A stretch of DNA of 64,000 nt from Octopus vulgaris (GCA_951406725.2 OX597833.1:35960001-36024000), one strand, 5' to 3'. Counted from the stretch's first letter, positions 12,523 to 25,169 are shown. The notes: generated by a model not told the origin, from the letters alone. Made by a program: numbers and translations.

Positions 12523-12860
12523 TAAGGGTGGCTTATTTGCAATTTAACAACCGAAAGGCAGAAATATATATGTCACTAGAGTGACTAAGGACGCTGGTCA
12601 GCACCAGAGTTAAAACAATGTATAGCCACGAGAAAGCATTTATCGTGATGACTGACAGGGGAGGTAAGCTCCCTACAGCATCCGAGTATAGCCAGATCAC
12701 CAGTGATTTCGCATTTTAATTAATGCTCGTCAGTGGCTCTCACCCAACGCCTAGGATTAAACTCAACTTGTCTTGTCAGTTAATAGACCACCATAGAAAT
12801 AACACGCTTGTTTCATAAATAGTAAAAGTGAAAATTATGAATATTAAGGGTGGGTTATTC
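12523..12860 (-). mobile_element. Candidate non-LTR retrozyme monomer 1 (~322-nt unit)
   Basis: Imperfect terminal direct repeat TAAGGGTGGCTTATTTGC (12523) and TAAGGGTGGGTTATTCGC (12845); contains a canonical HHR. Confidence 0.7.
12690..12738 (-). ncRNA. Type I hammerhead ribozyme, canonical core
   Basis: Minus strand AGCCA-CUGACGA-GCAUU(AAUUAA)AAUGC-GAAA-UCAC(UG)GUGA-UC^UGGCU; all three helices pair; predicted cut between 12695 and 12694. Confidence 0.9.
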
Positions 12861-12865
12861 GCTTA

Positions 12866-12969
12866 AATGTCTTGCTCAAGAACACAACACGCAGTTCGGT
12901 CTGGGAATCGAACTCACAACCTCATGATCGTAAGCTGGACGCTCTAACCACTGAGCCATGCGCCTTCAC
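12866..12969 (-). mobile_element. tRNA-derived SINE head fragment (family C-related)
   Basis: Minus strand GAAGGCGCATGGCTCAGTGGTTAGAGCG...GAGTTCGATTCCC. Confidence 0.8.
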
Positions 12970-12982
12970 TTTATATATACAT

Positions 12983-13016
<34 letters not shown>

Positions 13017-13021
<5 letters not shown>

Positions 13022-13431
13022 AAAAAGAAAATGGAAGGGATCAATAGGTGGTTCATCAACTTTTAGACGTTATATTATACCAACTTATTTATTTATTTAC
13101 TAAAATGACAATTACAGGAATATACATACATGTATAACATATTATGCTTTACATATATGATATAAAATATATCAATATATAAAGATACCAGTAATTATTA
13201 AAATACAGGAATATAAATTGGGAAATTTTCCAATTTATATTCCTGTATGTTATTTTTCAATAATTACTGGTATCTTTATATATTAATATATTTTATATCT
13301 AAAGCATAATATGTTATACATGTATGTATATTCCTGTAATTGTCATTTTAATAAATAAATAAATAAGTTAACATAATATGTCTAAAAGTTGATGAACCAC
13401 ATATTGATCCCCTTCATTTTCTTATTGCTCT
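13017..13431. repeat. ~415-bp foldback (inverted repeat, ~200-bp arms)
   Basis: Arms are reverse complementary with a few small indels; centre TTGGGAAATTTTCCAA near 13225. Confidence 0.95.
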
Positions 13432-13620
13432 ATAAGTTAATGGTAAAATATCTCTTTACCTTCACCCATTTAGTACACTCGGTAATGTAATTGCAATGCA
13501 ATAAAAAAAACACTTGCATGTTTATAATTGGGTATTCTACCAGCAGTATATTAGATAGATATTATCTCTTAGTTGGTTGGATTCACAGCCTATAACTTAT
13601 TTGGAAATATATATATATAT

Positions 13621-13994
13621 AACAATGATAAATATCAGAGTGAGTTATCAACAGTAGCAGAAACACATCGTGATGTAAATATGCCATTTGAATATGGCTA
13701 ACCCCTAAGGGTGGATGCTACTGTAGTTTTTAGCTCCAGGAAGACATCTCCTCCAGCGGACTATAGACACACACTTTCTGTGCCCTATCAGTATTTGCAA
13801 AGGGAAGCCATCCTTCCCGTCTTCAACTTATGATGCACACGGACCCGAGTTTCAAGGTATTGACCTATCATCAGCGTGTGACAATCACAGTTGTCGATAG
13901 GAAGGAGGTTCTCTTTACAAATACATATACTTTTTCCAGTTTTCAGTGACACTGATATTGAAAAAGTGAAATCAAACAATGATAAATATCAGAG
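13621..13994 (-). mobile_element. Candidate non-LTR retrozyme monomer 2 (354-nt unit)
   Basis: Exact 20-bp direct repeat AACAATGATAAATATCAGAG at 13621 and 13975; contains an HHR with long extended stem I (13791-13924). Confidence 0.78.
13836..13880 (-). ncRNA. Type I hammerhead ribozyme, canonical core
   Basis: Minus strand CACACG-CUGAUGA-UAGGU(CAAU)ACCUU-GAAAC-UCGG-GUC^CGUGUG; self-complementary stem III ACUCGGGU; predicted cut between 13842 and 13841. Confidence 0.9.
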
Positions 13995-14400
13995 AGGGGT
14001 TGCCCAAAAGAAACTGGAATTTTGCAATGTTATTTTTTTCGCTTAGCTTTACATATTTACACTTTTATCGCCTACAAAGTATTCTCCATTTGAAGCAATG
14101 CATCGGTCCAGACGCGTTTTCTACTGTTTGAAGCATGAAGACTGTTTCGGCCACATTTTTCCTCAGCAGAACACAAAATTTCACGCTGTTCCTTCGTTTC
14201 AGCCATCGCAAAAATTGACAAACATGGGAGAAGCGTACGAAATAAAGACGTACTACGTGGCTGTAGGACTACACCAGTTGATGCCGGTCGGCAGACTGAT
14301 GCCTAAGAGTCGCATCAAGTGGCTTCTAGCGGCGGAAGCTTGAACTACAACGGGTTTGTCCCACAGAGACCATACCCTGTTACTTTTGGGTAACCCATCG
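13992..14400. mobile_element. Internally deleted mariner-family element (MITE-like)
   Basis: TIRs GAGGGGTTGCCCAAAAGAAACTGG and CCCTGTTACTTTTGGGTAACCCATCG followed by TA. Confidence 0.7.
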
Positions 14401-14629
14401 TAGATATATATATATACATATCCGTTGAATAACGTTAAAACGTGGTATGTATTTCACGTTTTTTATTATGATATTTTTTAAAAATTAATTTTTACAATGC
14501 TGAAGTGTGATAAACATTAAAAAAATATCTTGTAACGTTCATGAAGTTCAATTAGCGCTTTCATACGTTCGTAGTAATCATCGGATTTTAAAATGTTTTT
14601 AAGTGGCTCTGCAGTAATCATTCTGGTTC

Positions 14630-14900
14630 TCAGTAGTCTGGGATCAAACTTTGCCTTTCATCCTTTCAGTAGCGATAAATATGATACTTTCCTCTATAGA
14701 CATAAGGCCAGAAATTTGGTGGTGGAAGTGGGAATAATCGATTACATCGACCCCCAGTACTTAACTTGTATTTACTTCATCGATACCAAAACGATGAAAG
14801 GTAAAGTCAACCTTGGCGGAATTTGAACTTTGAAGTCAAGAAGGACGATATACCGCTAAGCATTTCACCCGACGTGCTAACGATTCTGCCAGCTCGCCTC
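14630..14900 (-). mobile_element. SINE family B, diverged copies
   Basis: Reverse complement of family B head and core. Confidence 0.75.
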
Positions 14901-15179
14901 ATTGGGGACGATAAATATAATGATACTCCCTTACTGGGATTGATTGCCTTTTTCTATTGTTACTTTCATTTTCTGTCATGCTGGTTGTGTTTCAGGAAAA
15001 AATAGGTCATTGTCAAACTTGCGGTAGGATGTGTTCCACTAGATTTTTTAAATGCCCAAGAAGCTGCTTGACTACAAAAAGGGACTAAAAGGGACTTAGA
15101 GCCCAAAACAAGACATATCGGTCTGTGTGCGTGTGTGTGTGTGTGTTTGTGTATGTGTGTGTGTTATTAACTCATATAA

Positions 15180-15507
15180 CTAGCCCTCCGTCGGTTGCGG
15201 CGGCGAAGGTTTCAGTTGATCCATTCAACAGTACAGCTTGCTTGTGAAATTAACGTACAAGTGGTTGAGTACGCCACAGACACGCGTAACCATTTAATTA
15301 GTTCTCAAGGAGATACAAGGTAGCACAGAATGTGACAAGGTTGGCCCTTTGAAATACATGTACAACTTATTTTTGCCAGCTGAGTGGACTGGAGCAATGT
15401 GACATAAAGTATCTTACTCAAGGACATAGCGCGTCGCCGGGTAATTGAACTCAGGACTTTACGATCATGAGCTGAATGCCTCTAACCACTAAGCCATGCG
15501 CCTTCCA
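15180..15507 (-). mobile_element. tRNA-derived SINE (family C-like head, different body)
   Basis: Minus-strand head GGAAGGCGCATGGCTTAGTGGTTAGAGG...GAGTTCAATTACCC. Confidence 0.7.
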
Positions 15508-15564
15508 TTCATACATTAACGTATACATTTTTGTACACAAGCACACACACGATGTATATAGAAA

Positions 15565-15659
<95 letters not shown>

Positions 15660-16264
15660 GATGTCTTCCTTTTCAGAAATATCACGGAGCATTTACCAAA
15701 TTATGCTATAGTGTTATCTACGTATTTTAATAAAGACATTTTATTTGTTTAAACGATGATGGTTGTGAAGGAATCCTGTGAGAGAAAAATGTTTACTGTC
15801 TCCATGGAGAATTGACACCGCCAGTCAATGAGCTGTTACTAAATGTGTTGATATGGAAGATCATACAACCTGTAAAGCGATCTCATGGTATAGAGCATTG
15901 CGTTAATAGAGAGGTGGAGCACTATTTGTTAACGTCCTTACAGTTTGTGTTATTTAGTATCATCCCCATGTGGTGCTGGTCAAATATATGTTTTAAAATA
16001 TCCAGTTTAAAGTTAAGCTTATCCAATAAACAAATATTATGAGATTATTCCACAATACAAAAGATATGGAGTCTGTTTTGATCTTATTTTATTAATTGTA
16101 TATTTTTTTAAATGTAGTGAAGATATACAAGACCATAATAATGGTAAATATTTATCGTAGTAAGGTATTTTAACATGTTGCTATTGATAGGTTCTTACAC
16201 TATAGTAGTGGTATGTATATGTGTGTGTGTGTGTGTGTGTGTGCAAACATCTTGAGTTTGCCAA

Positions 16265-16720
16265 CGTTTACTCGATCGCTACAACAACGAGGGCAAAGAA
16301 ATGTTGAGCAGTATAGTCACAGGAAATGAAACATCATTATGAGATAGAATCCAAAGGACAGAGTATGAAGTAAAACATCCCGGCTCGCCGGCGACGAAGA
16401 AATTCAAGACTAAATCTTCCGCGGGAAAGGTAATGCTAACTCTTTTTGGGGACTTAAAAGGGTGTATATTGGAAGGCTACCTGGAAAAGTAGTGTAGGAT
16501 CAACAGTGCAAGATATAGTTCTTTGTTGGCCAACAAACTGAAGCCAGCAATGCGTACCAAACGCCGAAGCCCATTGTCGAACAAAGTTTTGTTGTTGCAT
16601 GACAGTGCACAGCCACACATAGCTGCCCAGACCGTTGAAACCTTTAACAAATTGGGTTTCGAGGTGCTGGTACAACATGCCTACAGGGCAGACCGCTGGA
16701 CCAAGTGCATCGAAAAGGAA
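16265..16720 (+). mobile_element. Decayed mariner transposase fragment
   Basis: HYEIESKGQSM..HPGSPATKKFKT..SAGKVMLTLF and LLHDSAQPH (HDNARPH motif); stops and frameshifts. Confidence 0.85.
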
Positions 16721-17437
16721 AGAGACAGAACTGATTTATCACTGACTGGATAATCAAATACTGGTGTCGATTTGTTCGGCTAATTCCTCCAAGGCTGCAA
16801 TCCAAAGACTGCGACTAGTAAAAGAGAGTAAAAAAATTATTTCTCTGACATAAATACTATATTTAATGTAAAATTTATTCTTGAACAACAGTTTCTGTCG
16901 AGGGATTCTGGTATGACACAATACTGAGTACTCTATATTCTGATGTTTATGTATAATTTTTATTGTATGAATTAATGACATTTCTTGAGACATTATTTGG
17001 TATGAATAACAATAAATTGGTAGATATTTTTTATATAAAGCAAATTATTTTGAGGAGATTAATATATTGAAAAGGTTGTGTTTAGCGATTTTATGGAATA
17101 ATCGAACCCTTTTAAATGAAACTTTATATACTTGATAAAGACATTTTACGGAACCAAATATACTTGATAAAGACATTTTACGGAACCAAATATACCGATA
17201 GAATAATGTTTGAGCTTGTACAGTCTTCTGTTTAAAAAAATTCATTGTATTTGTGCTAAAAGTTGCTGCATTTGAGGTAAATACAGAAGCAAAAGTTAAA
17301 CAGTTCCATCTGTGAACCAATGCAAAAGTATAGACAAAGGTTAGAAGAGTTTACATCAGCTTCTATCTGAATACAGCACCAATCATCCAACTATGGTATA
17401 TGAATTCAAAACAGACACGTCAAAACTGCTGCACTAT

Positions 17438-17823
17438 AGGTGTGGCTGTGTGGTAAGAAGCTTGCTTTTCAGCCACATGGTTCTGGGTTCAGTCCCACTG
17501 CGTGACATCTTGAGCAAGTGTCTTCTACTAAAACCTCGGGCCGACCAAAGCTTTGTAAGTGGATTTGATAGACGGAAACTGAAAGAAGCTCGTCGTACAT
17601 ACGTGTGTGACGGAAACTGAAAGTAGCTCGTTGTATATACGTGTGTGTGTGTGTGTGTGTGTCTTTGTGTTTGTCCCCCATCCTCATTTGACAACCGGTG
17701 TTGGTGTGTTTACGTCCCCATAACTTAGTGGTTCGGCAAAAGAGGCCGATGGAATAAGTACTAGGCTTAAGAAATAAGTCCCTGGGTCGATTTATTCTAC
17801 TAAAGCCTTCCAAGGCGGTGCTC
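17438..17823 (+). mobile_element. SINE family A
   Basis: Family A head and body. Confidence 0.9.
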
Positions 17824-18170
17824 TACAGCGAAATTAAAAATGAATGCACTGAAGACGTTGGAGTTATTCAACCAAATATTTAAAAAGATGCTTATCTGTG
17901 CATTTGGTTACACTCGAGAACAGTTTGAGGATTTTTTTTTGTTGAACAGTATTGTGGAGTGCTCGAAATCAACCTAACCAGTAACCATTCACGTTATATT
18001 TCTTTTAAATGTTTTACTGTGCATCTTATAGTACGTTTTTATATGATTCCGTGCAAATATGTATATGTGCGTATTTGTATGTATATGTACTTTCAAAATA
18101 GCAATACGTCATTCGTTATATTGTTTTCTGGACGTTGATGATCCCAAACATCTTATAATCCGTAGTAATT

Positions 18171-18290
18171 TGCGGCTATGCTGGAGCCTTTAGTCGAACA
18201 TTTTGAAGCCAGGATTTATTCTTTGTAAGCCTAGTACTTCTATTGGTCTCTTTTGCCGAACCGCTAAGTTACAGGGACATAAACACACCA

Positions 18291-18343
<53 letters not shown>

Positions 18344-18515
18344 CGACAGGCTTCTTTCAGTTTCCGTCTAGCAAATCCACTCACAAGGCTTTGGTCGGCT
18401 GGTCGGCCCGAGGTTATGGTAGAAGACACTTACTCAAGGTGTCCCGCAGTGGAACTGAACCCGGAACCATGTGGTTAGGAAGCAAACTTCTTACCACACA
18501 GCCACACTTGCGCCT
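18171..18515 (-). mobile_element. SINE family A
   Basis: Family A reverse complement. Confidence 0.9.
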
Positions 18516-19118
18516 GTAATATTTGTTCAATTTGCAGTGTGATCACTTCCTGAACGGAAGAAATAAGTAATCGAAAATGGATTTTGAGCCACACGTTCCG
18601 GAAAACCGATATTCCACTCGTACATGTTCTGTGAAAACACGAATTCATTTCGGGGGATGTTTAGATCAGAAGGGATAGAGATATATATCAAAGTACATAC
18701 ATTTCTGTTTATGCCATTGACAATTATATCTGAAAAATTTGCATTGATCCCCATGTCAGTTTTAACAGACGTAGACCTTATTATCTCAATGAAATGATTT
18801 TCACATACTGTTTTCTAATTGCTTATAATTTTATAGTTTCCACCGCTAAGTGTTGGCATATTACCCACTAAATATAGCTTCTGACTCAATATTTTCAGTA
18901 GATACATATCTGGTATATCTCTGTTGATCTTTATTATATTCCCTCTAGTAATAGTTTCTATTATTCATTACAGCCGTATAGACTTTTCATTATCTAATAT
19001 ATCTTTATTGTTTTTTGAACTCGCACTCGATGTAGATTCCCCCACGAGGTTTTTGTTGTTTCATTTTTTTTTTTAGTTTTATAAATTTTTTTTGCGTTCT
19101 TGCAACTCATAAAATTGG

Positions 19119-19159
19119 TATTATTATTATCATTATTATTATTATTATCATCATCATCA

Positions 19160-19190
<31 letters not shown>

Positions 19191-19240
19191 CATTATCATC
19201 ATCATCATCATCATCGTCATCATCATCATCATCATCATCA

Positions 19241-19302
<62 letters not shown>

Positions 19303-19431
19303 TTTATTAATATTATTATCATCATCATCATTATTATTATCATTATTATTATTATTATTATTATTATCATTATTATTATTATTATTATCATCATTATTAT
19401 TATTATTATTATTATTATCATTATTATTATT
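19119..19431. repeat. (TTA)n/(TCA)n trinucleotide microsatellite
   Basis: Directly visible. Confidence 0.97.
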
Positions 19432-20149
19432 TTGTGGTGTCAGATCCAAGCGTTGCTTCTAGCCTGTCGTGAGTTTTGTTTTATTTACACATTCTTTCAA
19501 AGATGTACGTTCATAAATTTCTGCTTTTTATGTATTACATAAAGTCCGAAAGGTTGTGAGCAACTGCTCAACTCTGTTGCACTTTTACCTTTCGAGGCGG
19601 AAATTGTGAACAAGCACGAAGAAAGAATATCTGTCTTTGTAGTTGTCCATGTTTTCTTTGATATTGTAGGTAACCCACTCTGTTGTGGTCGGTCATTTTA
19701 GCTCATCTTATTGATTGACTTTGTCGCAAACTTTCTCTTTTCCTTTGTCTATGTTCTTTCTTGTCCTTTGCTTGCATTGTCTCATTCTTTATTTAGTTGC
19801 TACAAACCTTCGATTTTGTTCCATAGTGAATATTGATTAAATGAGAAGTGCGAATAATATTTAATAAATCATAAGGAACCTGCATCCTTTCCTTGCTGTG
19901 TTATCTGTTGTCCCATTAAAGTGAAGTATTTACCGTAACAAAAGTGAAGGTGAGAGTATTTTCCTAGAAAATACAGTTATTAATAAGGGAGTATTTCGCA
20001 GAAAATGAATTTATAAAGGAGCGAAAGTATTCACTAACGTTAGTATTGTAAATTTTGCATAGCAGAGTGCTGGCTAAATAAACCTTTCTAGTAAGGGCAT
20101 CGAGATCTCTTACCTGATGCAACCAGTCTTCGAGGTGCCATTCTAGATA

Positions 20150-21240
20150 CTTTCGTAGTCAGCTGTTGCCACTGGCCTCTATTCTCTGTCATGCATTGCA
20201 AGTTCATTGTGTTGTGACCTGACCAGTCTTTGATGTTGTCAAACTAGGAGTTTCTCTTTCCACCTCACTTTCGGCCTACCTCAACTGTTACATGAAGAAT
20301 GGTTTTGTTCAAGGTGTTGTGATGGAGTAAATAACCATACCAGACAAGATTTCGTCTTTTTTACCAACGCAAGAAGTGGTTCCAGTCTGCCAGCCTAACA
20401 AAGCTTATTTCTGGACTGCTTACAAGGGGGTACACACAGAAGGGACACACAAGGACAGGCAAACAGATTAAGTCGATTATATCGACCCCAGTACGTACTG
20501 GTACTTCGGCCCCGAAAGGATGAAAGGCAAAGTCGATCTCGGCGGAATTTGAACTCAGAACGTAAAGACAGACGAAATACCTATTTCTTTACTACCCACA
20601 AGGGGCTACACACAGAGGGGACAAACAAGGACAAACAAACGGATTAAGTCGATTATATCAACCCCAGTGCGTAACTGGTACTCATTTAATCGACCCCAAA
20701 GGATGAACGTCAAAGTCGACCTCGGCGGAATTTGAACTCAGAACCTAGCGGCAGACGAAATAACGCTAAGCATTTCGCCCCGGCGTTCTAACGATTCTGC
20801 CAGCTCGCCACCTTAAAGCTCACTAGCCTGACAAAACTGTTCGTTTTGTGCTCTATGTACGGGATGAGGAGCAGCCTTCTGAAGCACTTGTGCTCAAATA
20901 CTTAGATTCTTCGCTCCATATCAGCTGTAAATGTCCAGGTCTCACAACCATAGAGAAGGACTGACGTCACCAGGGTCTTATAAACCCTTCTTGGAATCTT
21001 GTTGGAATACTAATAGAATTACTTTTCCTTACAGTGTTTAGCCTCCTCATGACAGCATGAGGCTAAACTGAGTCTTGTTATTTCCTTTTGAGATACGCCA
21101 TACTCTCATTTACCATTATGTTGGTTGCTGTGCTTTGATAGTTACCATTAACCAGGATCTGGCTCTTTTCTGGGCTACTCTCCAACTTGCATGCTCCTGA
21201 TACTATTTCCAGTCCCCTATGAACACAATGCCTGACATTT
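20150..21240 (-). mobile_element. RTE-clade LINE 3' ORF remnant, interrupted by SINEs
   Basis: Minus-strand YKTLVTSVLLYGCETWTFTADMERRI*VFEHKCFRRLL. Confidence 0.8.
20406..20814 (-). mobile_element. Tandem dimer of SINE family B
   Basis: Two head-to-tail reverse-complement copies. Confidence 0.9.
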
Positions 21241-21253
21241 TAGGAGACGGGAT

Positions 21254-21628
21254 ACTCTTTTACTCTTTTACTTGTTTCAGTCATGTGAATGTGGCCATAC
21301 TGGAGCACCGCCTTTGGTCGAGAAAATCGACCCATGGACTTATTCTCTGTAAGCCTAGTACTTATCCTATCGGTCTCTTTTGCCGAACCGCTAAGTTACG
21401 GGGACGTAAACACACCACCATCGGTTGTCAAGCGATGTTGGGGTAACAAACACAGACACACAAACATATACACACACATACATATATATACATATATACG
21501 ACGACTTCTTTCAGTTTCCGTCTACCAAATCCACTCACAAGGCTTTGGTTGGCCCGAGGCTACGCAGTGGGATTGAACCCGGAACCATGAGGCTGGTAAG
21601 CAAGCTACTTACCACACAGCCACTCCTA
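21254..21628 (-). mobile_element. SINE family A
   Basis: Family A reverse complement. Confidence 0.9.
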
Positions 21629-21964
21629 CGTGTTCAACTGGTATTTATTTCAGCGACACCGAAACAATGAAAGGCATAAATAATTTCGCGGAATTTGAAT
21701 TCAAGATGTAAAGATGGACAACATGTTGCTAAATATTTTTCCGGCATGTTAACAGTTCTTCCGACTTGTGCCGGCTAAATGATAAAAAGCAGCCAATGTG
21801 ACGAAAGCTTATTAAATTACTGTTGAATTCTCAAAAAGGAGAAATAAATAATGAGACATCAATGCTCATCCCAAACAACCCATTCCATCGATTTTCTGCA
21901 ACGTTATACACTTTTTAATGATGGATTTGTACAATTATTGAAAGCTATGGTGGTGGTGGTGGTG

Positions 21965-22023
<59 letters not shown>

Positions 22024-22024
<1 letters not shown>

Positions 22025-22220
22025 AGGCGACGAGTTGATAGAATCGGATGAAACTCTTGGCAGCATTTCGTCGGACTTTACGTTCTGAATTCAATTTCCG
22101 CAGAGGTCAACTTTGCTTTTCATCTTCTCTGGATCGAAGAAATAAGTGCCAGTGGATCACTGGGATCGATGTAATGGACTTAGCCTAAATTGCTGAACGT
22201 ATGCCTAAATATGAAACCAA
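22024..22220 (+). mobile_element. SINE family B, diverged
   Basis: AAGGCGACGAGTTG head and core. Confidence 0.75.
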
Positions 22221-22239
22221 TATTATTATCATTATTATT

Positions 22240-22510
22240 GAGTGAATTATTCAAACCCCAAAGAATTCCTTTCAATACATGGCTATGATGCTCCTCCACT
22301 ACTTCTGCTCGTGATCAGAGATGCACATATCGTCAGCTACTAAAGGACATGCTCAACTGTTTATAGTCAAGCAATAACAAGCAAATCTGTGGTATTGAGC
22401 AGAGTATTTGCTGTAGCCCATCTTTTTTACCAAGAGAAAACAATGTACATGATAACATTTCCAATCAGTTAAGATCAGAAACCATGAGAGCCACTGCCTG
22501 TATCAGGGCA
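22240..22510 (-). mobile_element. Family D (TAA)n-associated element, internally deleted
   Basis: Matches 50822-51099; flanked by (TTA)n on both sides. Confidence 0.85.
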
Positions 22511-22519
22511 TTTATTATT

Positions 22520-22670
<151 letters not shown>

Positions 22671-22674
22671 TATG

Positions 22675-22717
<43 letters not shown>

Positions 22718-22844
22718 TATGTTTGACTTTTGCTTTACATTTGCACAAGCTGGCTCCAAGTCTCACCCAGAGACCTTTATTATTATCATTATCATCATTA
22801 TTATTATTATTATCATTATTATTATTATTATTCATTTATTTATT

Positions 22845-24517
22845 TTTAATTTGCATGTTTGTTACAGTCATGTGCCTTACAGTCACTTACCGTGATACAC
22901 CTAGCATCCTGGGGCGAGTGAAAGATAAGACATGTTACATTATGACTGAAAGCTTGGGAAAGATAAGTAGCCAAATATTTTCATGTAATACAACACAGAC
23001 TTATAAATGGGTAGGGTTTTTTTCTAACGATGTGGTCAGTATTCTTTTGGATTTCTCTAATAGATGTAAGCGGGAACACTTACATCTATTAATCTACGAG
23101 TATTTTTTTCCCTGTCTTTAATAATTATGTCTGGTCGATTAGCCTGGATCTTTCTGTCGGTGTTCACTAGAAAATCTCTGCGAATAGTGACATTTTAACT
23201 TTCAGCCACTGGCTCAGGATGATGTTCATACCAGTAAGCAGGATTGCTGATTTTTTGTGTTAGCATATTTTCCAATGCAAATACTGTCCCACCCTATCGT
23301 AGTGATTTTTGTATTCATTTGGTGTCAGCACTGGACATCCCGAGACGAGATGGTCTTATGTGTCGTCAAATGTGTCGCAGAATCTGCAGTTAGGGTAAAA
23401 ACCGTTTTGAAGAACGTTAGCCTGGTAGTTTTTTGTGAACAAGTTTTGATCTTGTGCCGCCAATATGAAATCTACAGTCTCTTCTTTCAGTACTGAACTT
23501 CTCAGCCACTGAAGGGTTGTTGCCTGATCTATTATACATCAACATTTCAACTTCGAAGTATATACTGTCCATGCTGAGGCTTCTGGCTCCATCGCTCTTC
23601 AATTTTTTTTCTGCCCGTTCTTTTCTGCAGTCTGCTTGATCCATTTTGCTTCTTTTGTGGAAATGGTTTCATATTCTTCAACTATTTCAGGGCTAATGCC
23701 AAGTTCACTTGCGAATTTGCAAGCTTCTGTGACATTAGACTATGGCGCTTTGCTGCTTTCGTGTTTGCACACAAGTCGCAATGTCAAGTCCTCTTTACTA
23801 GGTAAATACTTGTTCATTACTACTGTGGAGGTCTTATAGCACAGTTCTACCTGCATCATACCTTTTCCCTCATTACTTCTAGGACAGACGATCAGCATCT
23901 ACTTTTGGGTGGTGCATGTTCTTCGAAGTTAGTAGTTTTCTTGTCTTCCTGTCCAGACATTGAAGCTCTGTAAGATTCCAGCTAATGATGTTAAATCTAT
24001 ATTGGACCACTGGAAGTGCCAGGGTGCTACTGGCTTCGATGCGATTTTTTGAGTGGAGCTCAGTTTTCAGGATGAGTTTTATTCTCCTCCTCGGATGGTA
24101 ATTGTCCTGATACGTGTTGTATACCATCTCCTTTGTTTATCCCCAGGTATTTGTAATTTTCTTGTGAGTCAAGCTCCTTGATGGTAGTGTCGGTATCTAC
24201 TTTAATGGAAGCTGTTTGCATGAGCTTGCCTCTTACAAAATTTGCTTTAGCACATTTATCAAAGCCAAAGTCCATCCCGATCTCATTACTGAATTCTTTA
24301 AGAGTTGCCTGTCGTCATTTCTTGCAAGCAACTTCAGATCGTCCATTAAAACAGATGGTTTATCGTATTGTAAATTTTTGAACTCATACCTGGTGTTATT
24401 TAGTTCGTTTTAGAGTGGAATCAATACCATGCAAAAGAGTAATGAGGAGAGGGAGTCACCTTGAAAGATGCATCGTTTGATGTTGATGTTGTTAGTTTGG
24501 CTCATCCCATTACAATG
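22845..24517 (-). mobile_element. R4/Dong-like LINE remnant (RT through RLE end)
   Basis: IFQGDSLSSLLFC, MDFGFDKCAK, YKYLGI, LDRKTRKLLT..HHPKVD; bounded by (TTA)n tracts. Confidence 0.88.
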
Positions 24518-24573
24518 GTTTATTATTATTATTGTTGTTGTTGTCGTCATCATCATCATCATCGTCATTATTG

Positions 24574-24605
<32 letters not shown>

Positions 24606-24735
24606 GTTGTTGTTGTTGTTGTTATTATTATTATTACTATTTGCAAAGAATGTGACAGGAGTGATTCTGAAGGACTAGTCTTTTGTGATACAACGTTACT
24701 CATAACAAGCAATGCATACACACACACACACACAC

Positions 24736-24778
<43 letters not shown>

Positions 24779-25169
24779 AATGTGTATGTGCCATCGAAAC
24801 TTACAATGTATGTGCCTTAGAATTCAATGCCGTGTGGTTTAAAATTTCCGGGCATTTAACTGTACTTCGCAAGGTTATGTTTTCGCATCAAAATGATAAG
24901 TGTAGTGGTTCATAAGGCTGAGTGCACGAAACGTCTAGCTCTTTTGCTTACATAAAAGAAACATACATTTGTCTCCACACTGTGTGTTTATTTAACATTG
25001 TACGTTTTGAGCCAAAACAAACAAAAGAGAATATATTTACGCTTATATATTTTCAGTGCATATTTTCTTTTCTATTTATTTCAGATACAAAATGTTCAGT
25101 ACTTTAAAGTTATTTCATGTATATGCATGGATATACTTGCAAAACACAATGAACACAAATACCAATATT

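Noticed and set aside
14140-14170. Minus-strand CUGAGGA...GAAACAGUC hammerhead-like words
   Set aside because: No stem II or stem I pairing; lies inside mariner-derived sequence.
17127-17195. Exact 32-bp tandem duplication
   Set aside because: Simple slippage duplication with no spacer; not CRISPR-like and no evident function.
17845-17885. CUGAAGA-C-GUUGGA/UUCAAC-CAAAUAUU motif
   Set aside because: CAAA replaces GAAA and stem I does not pair.
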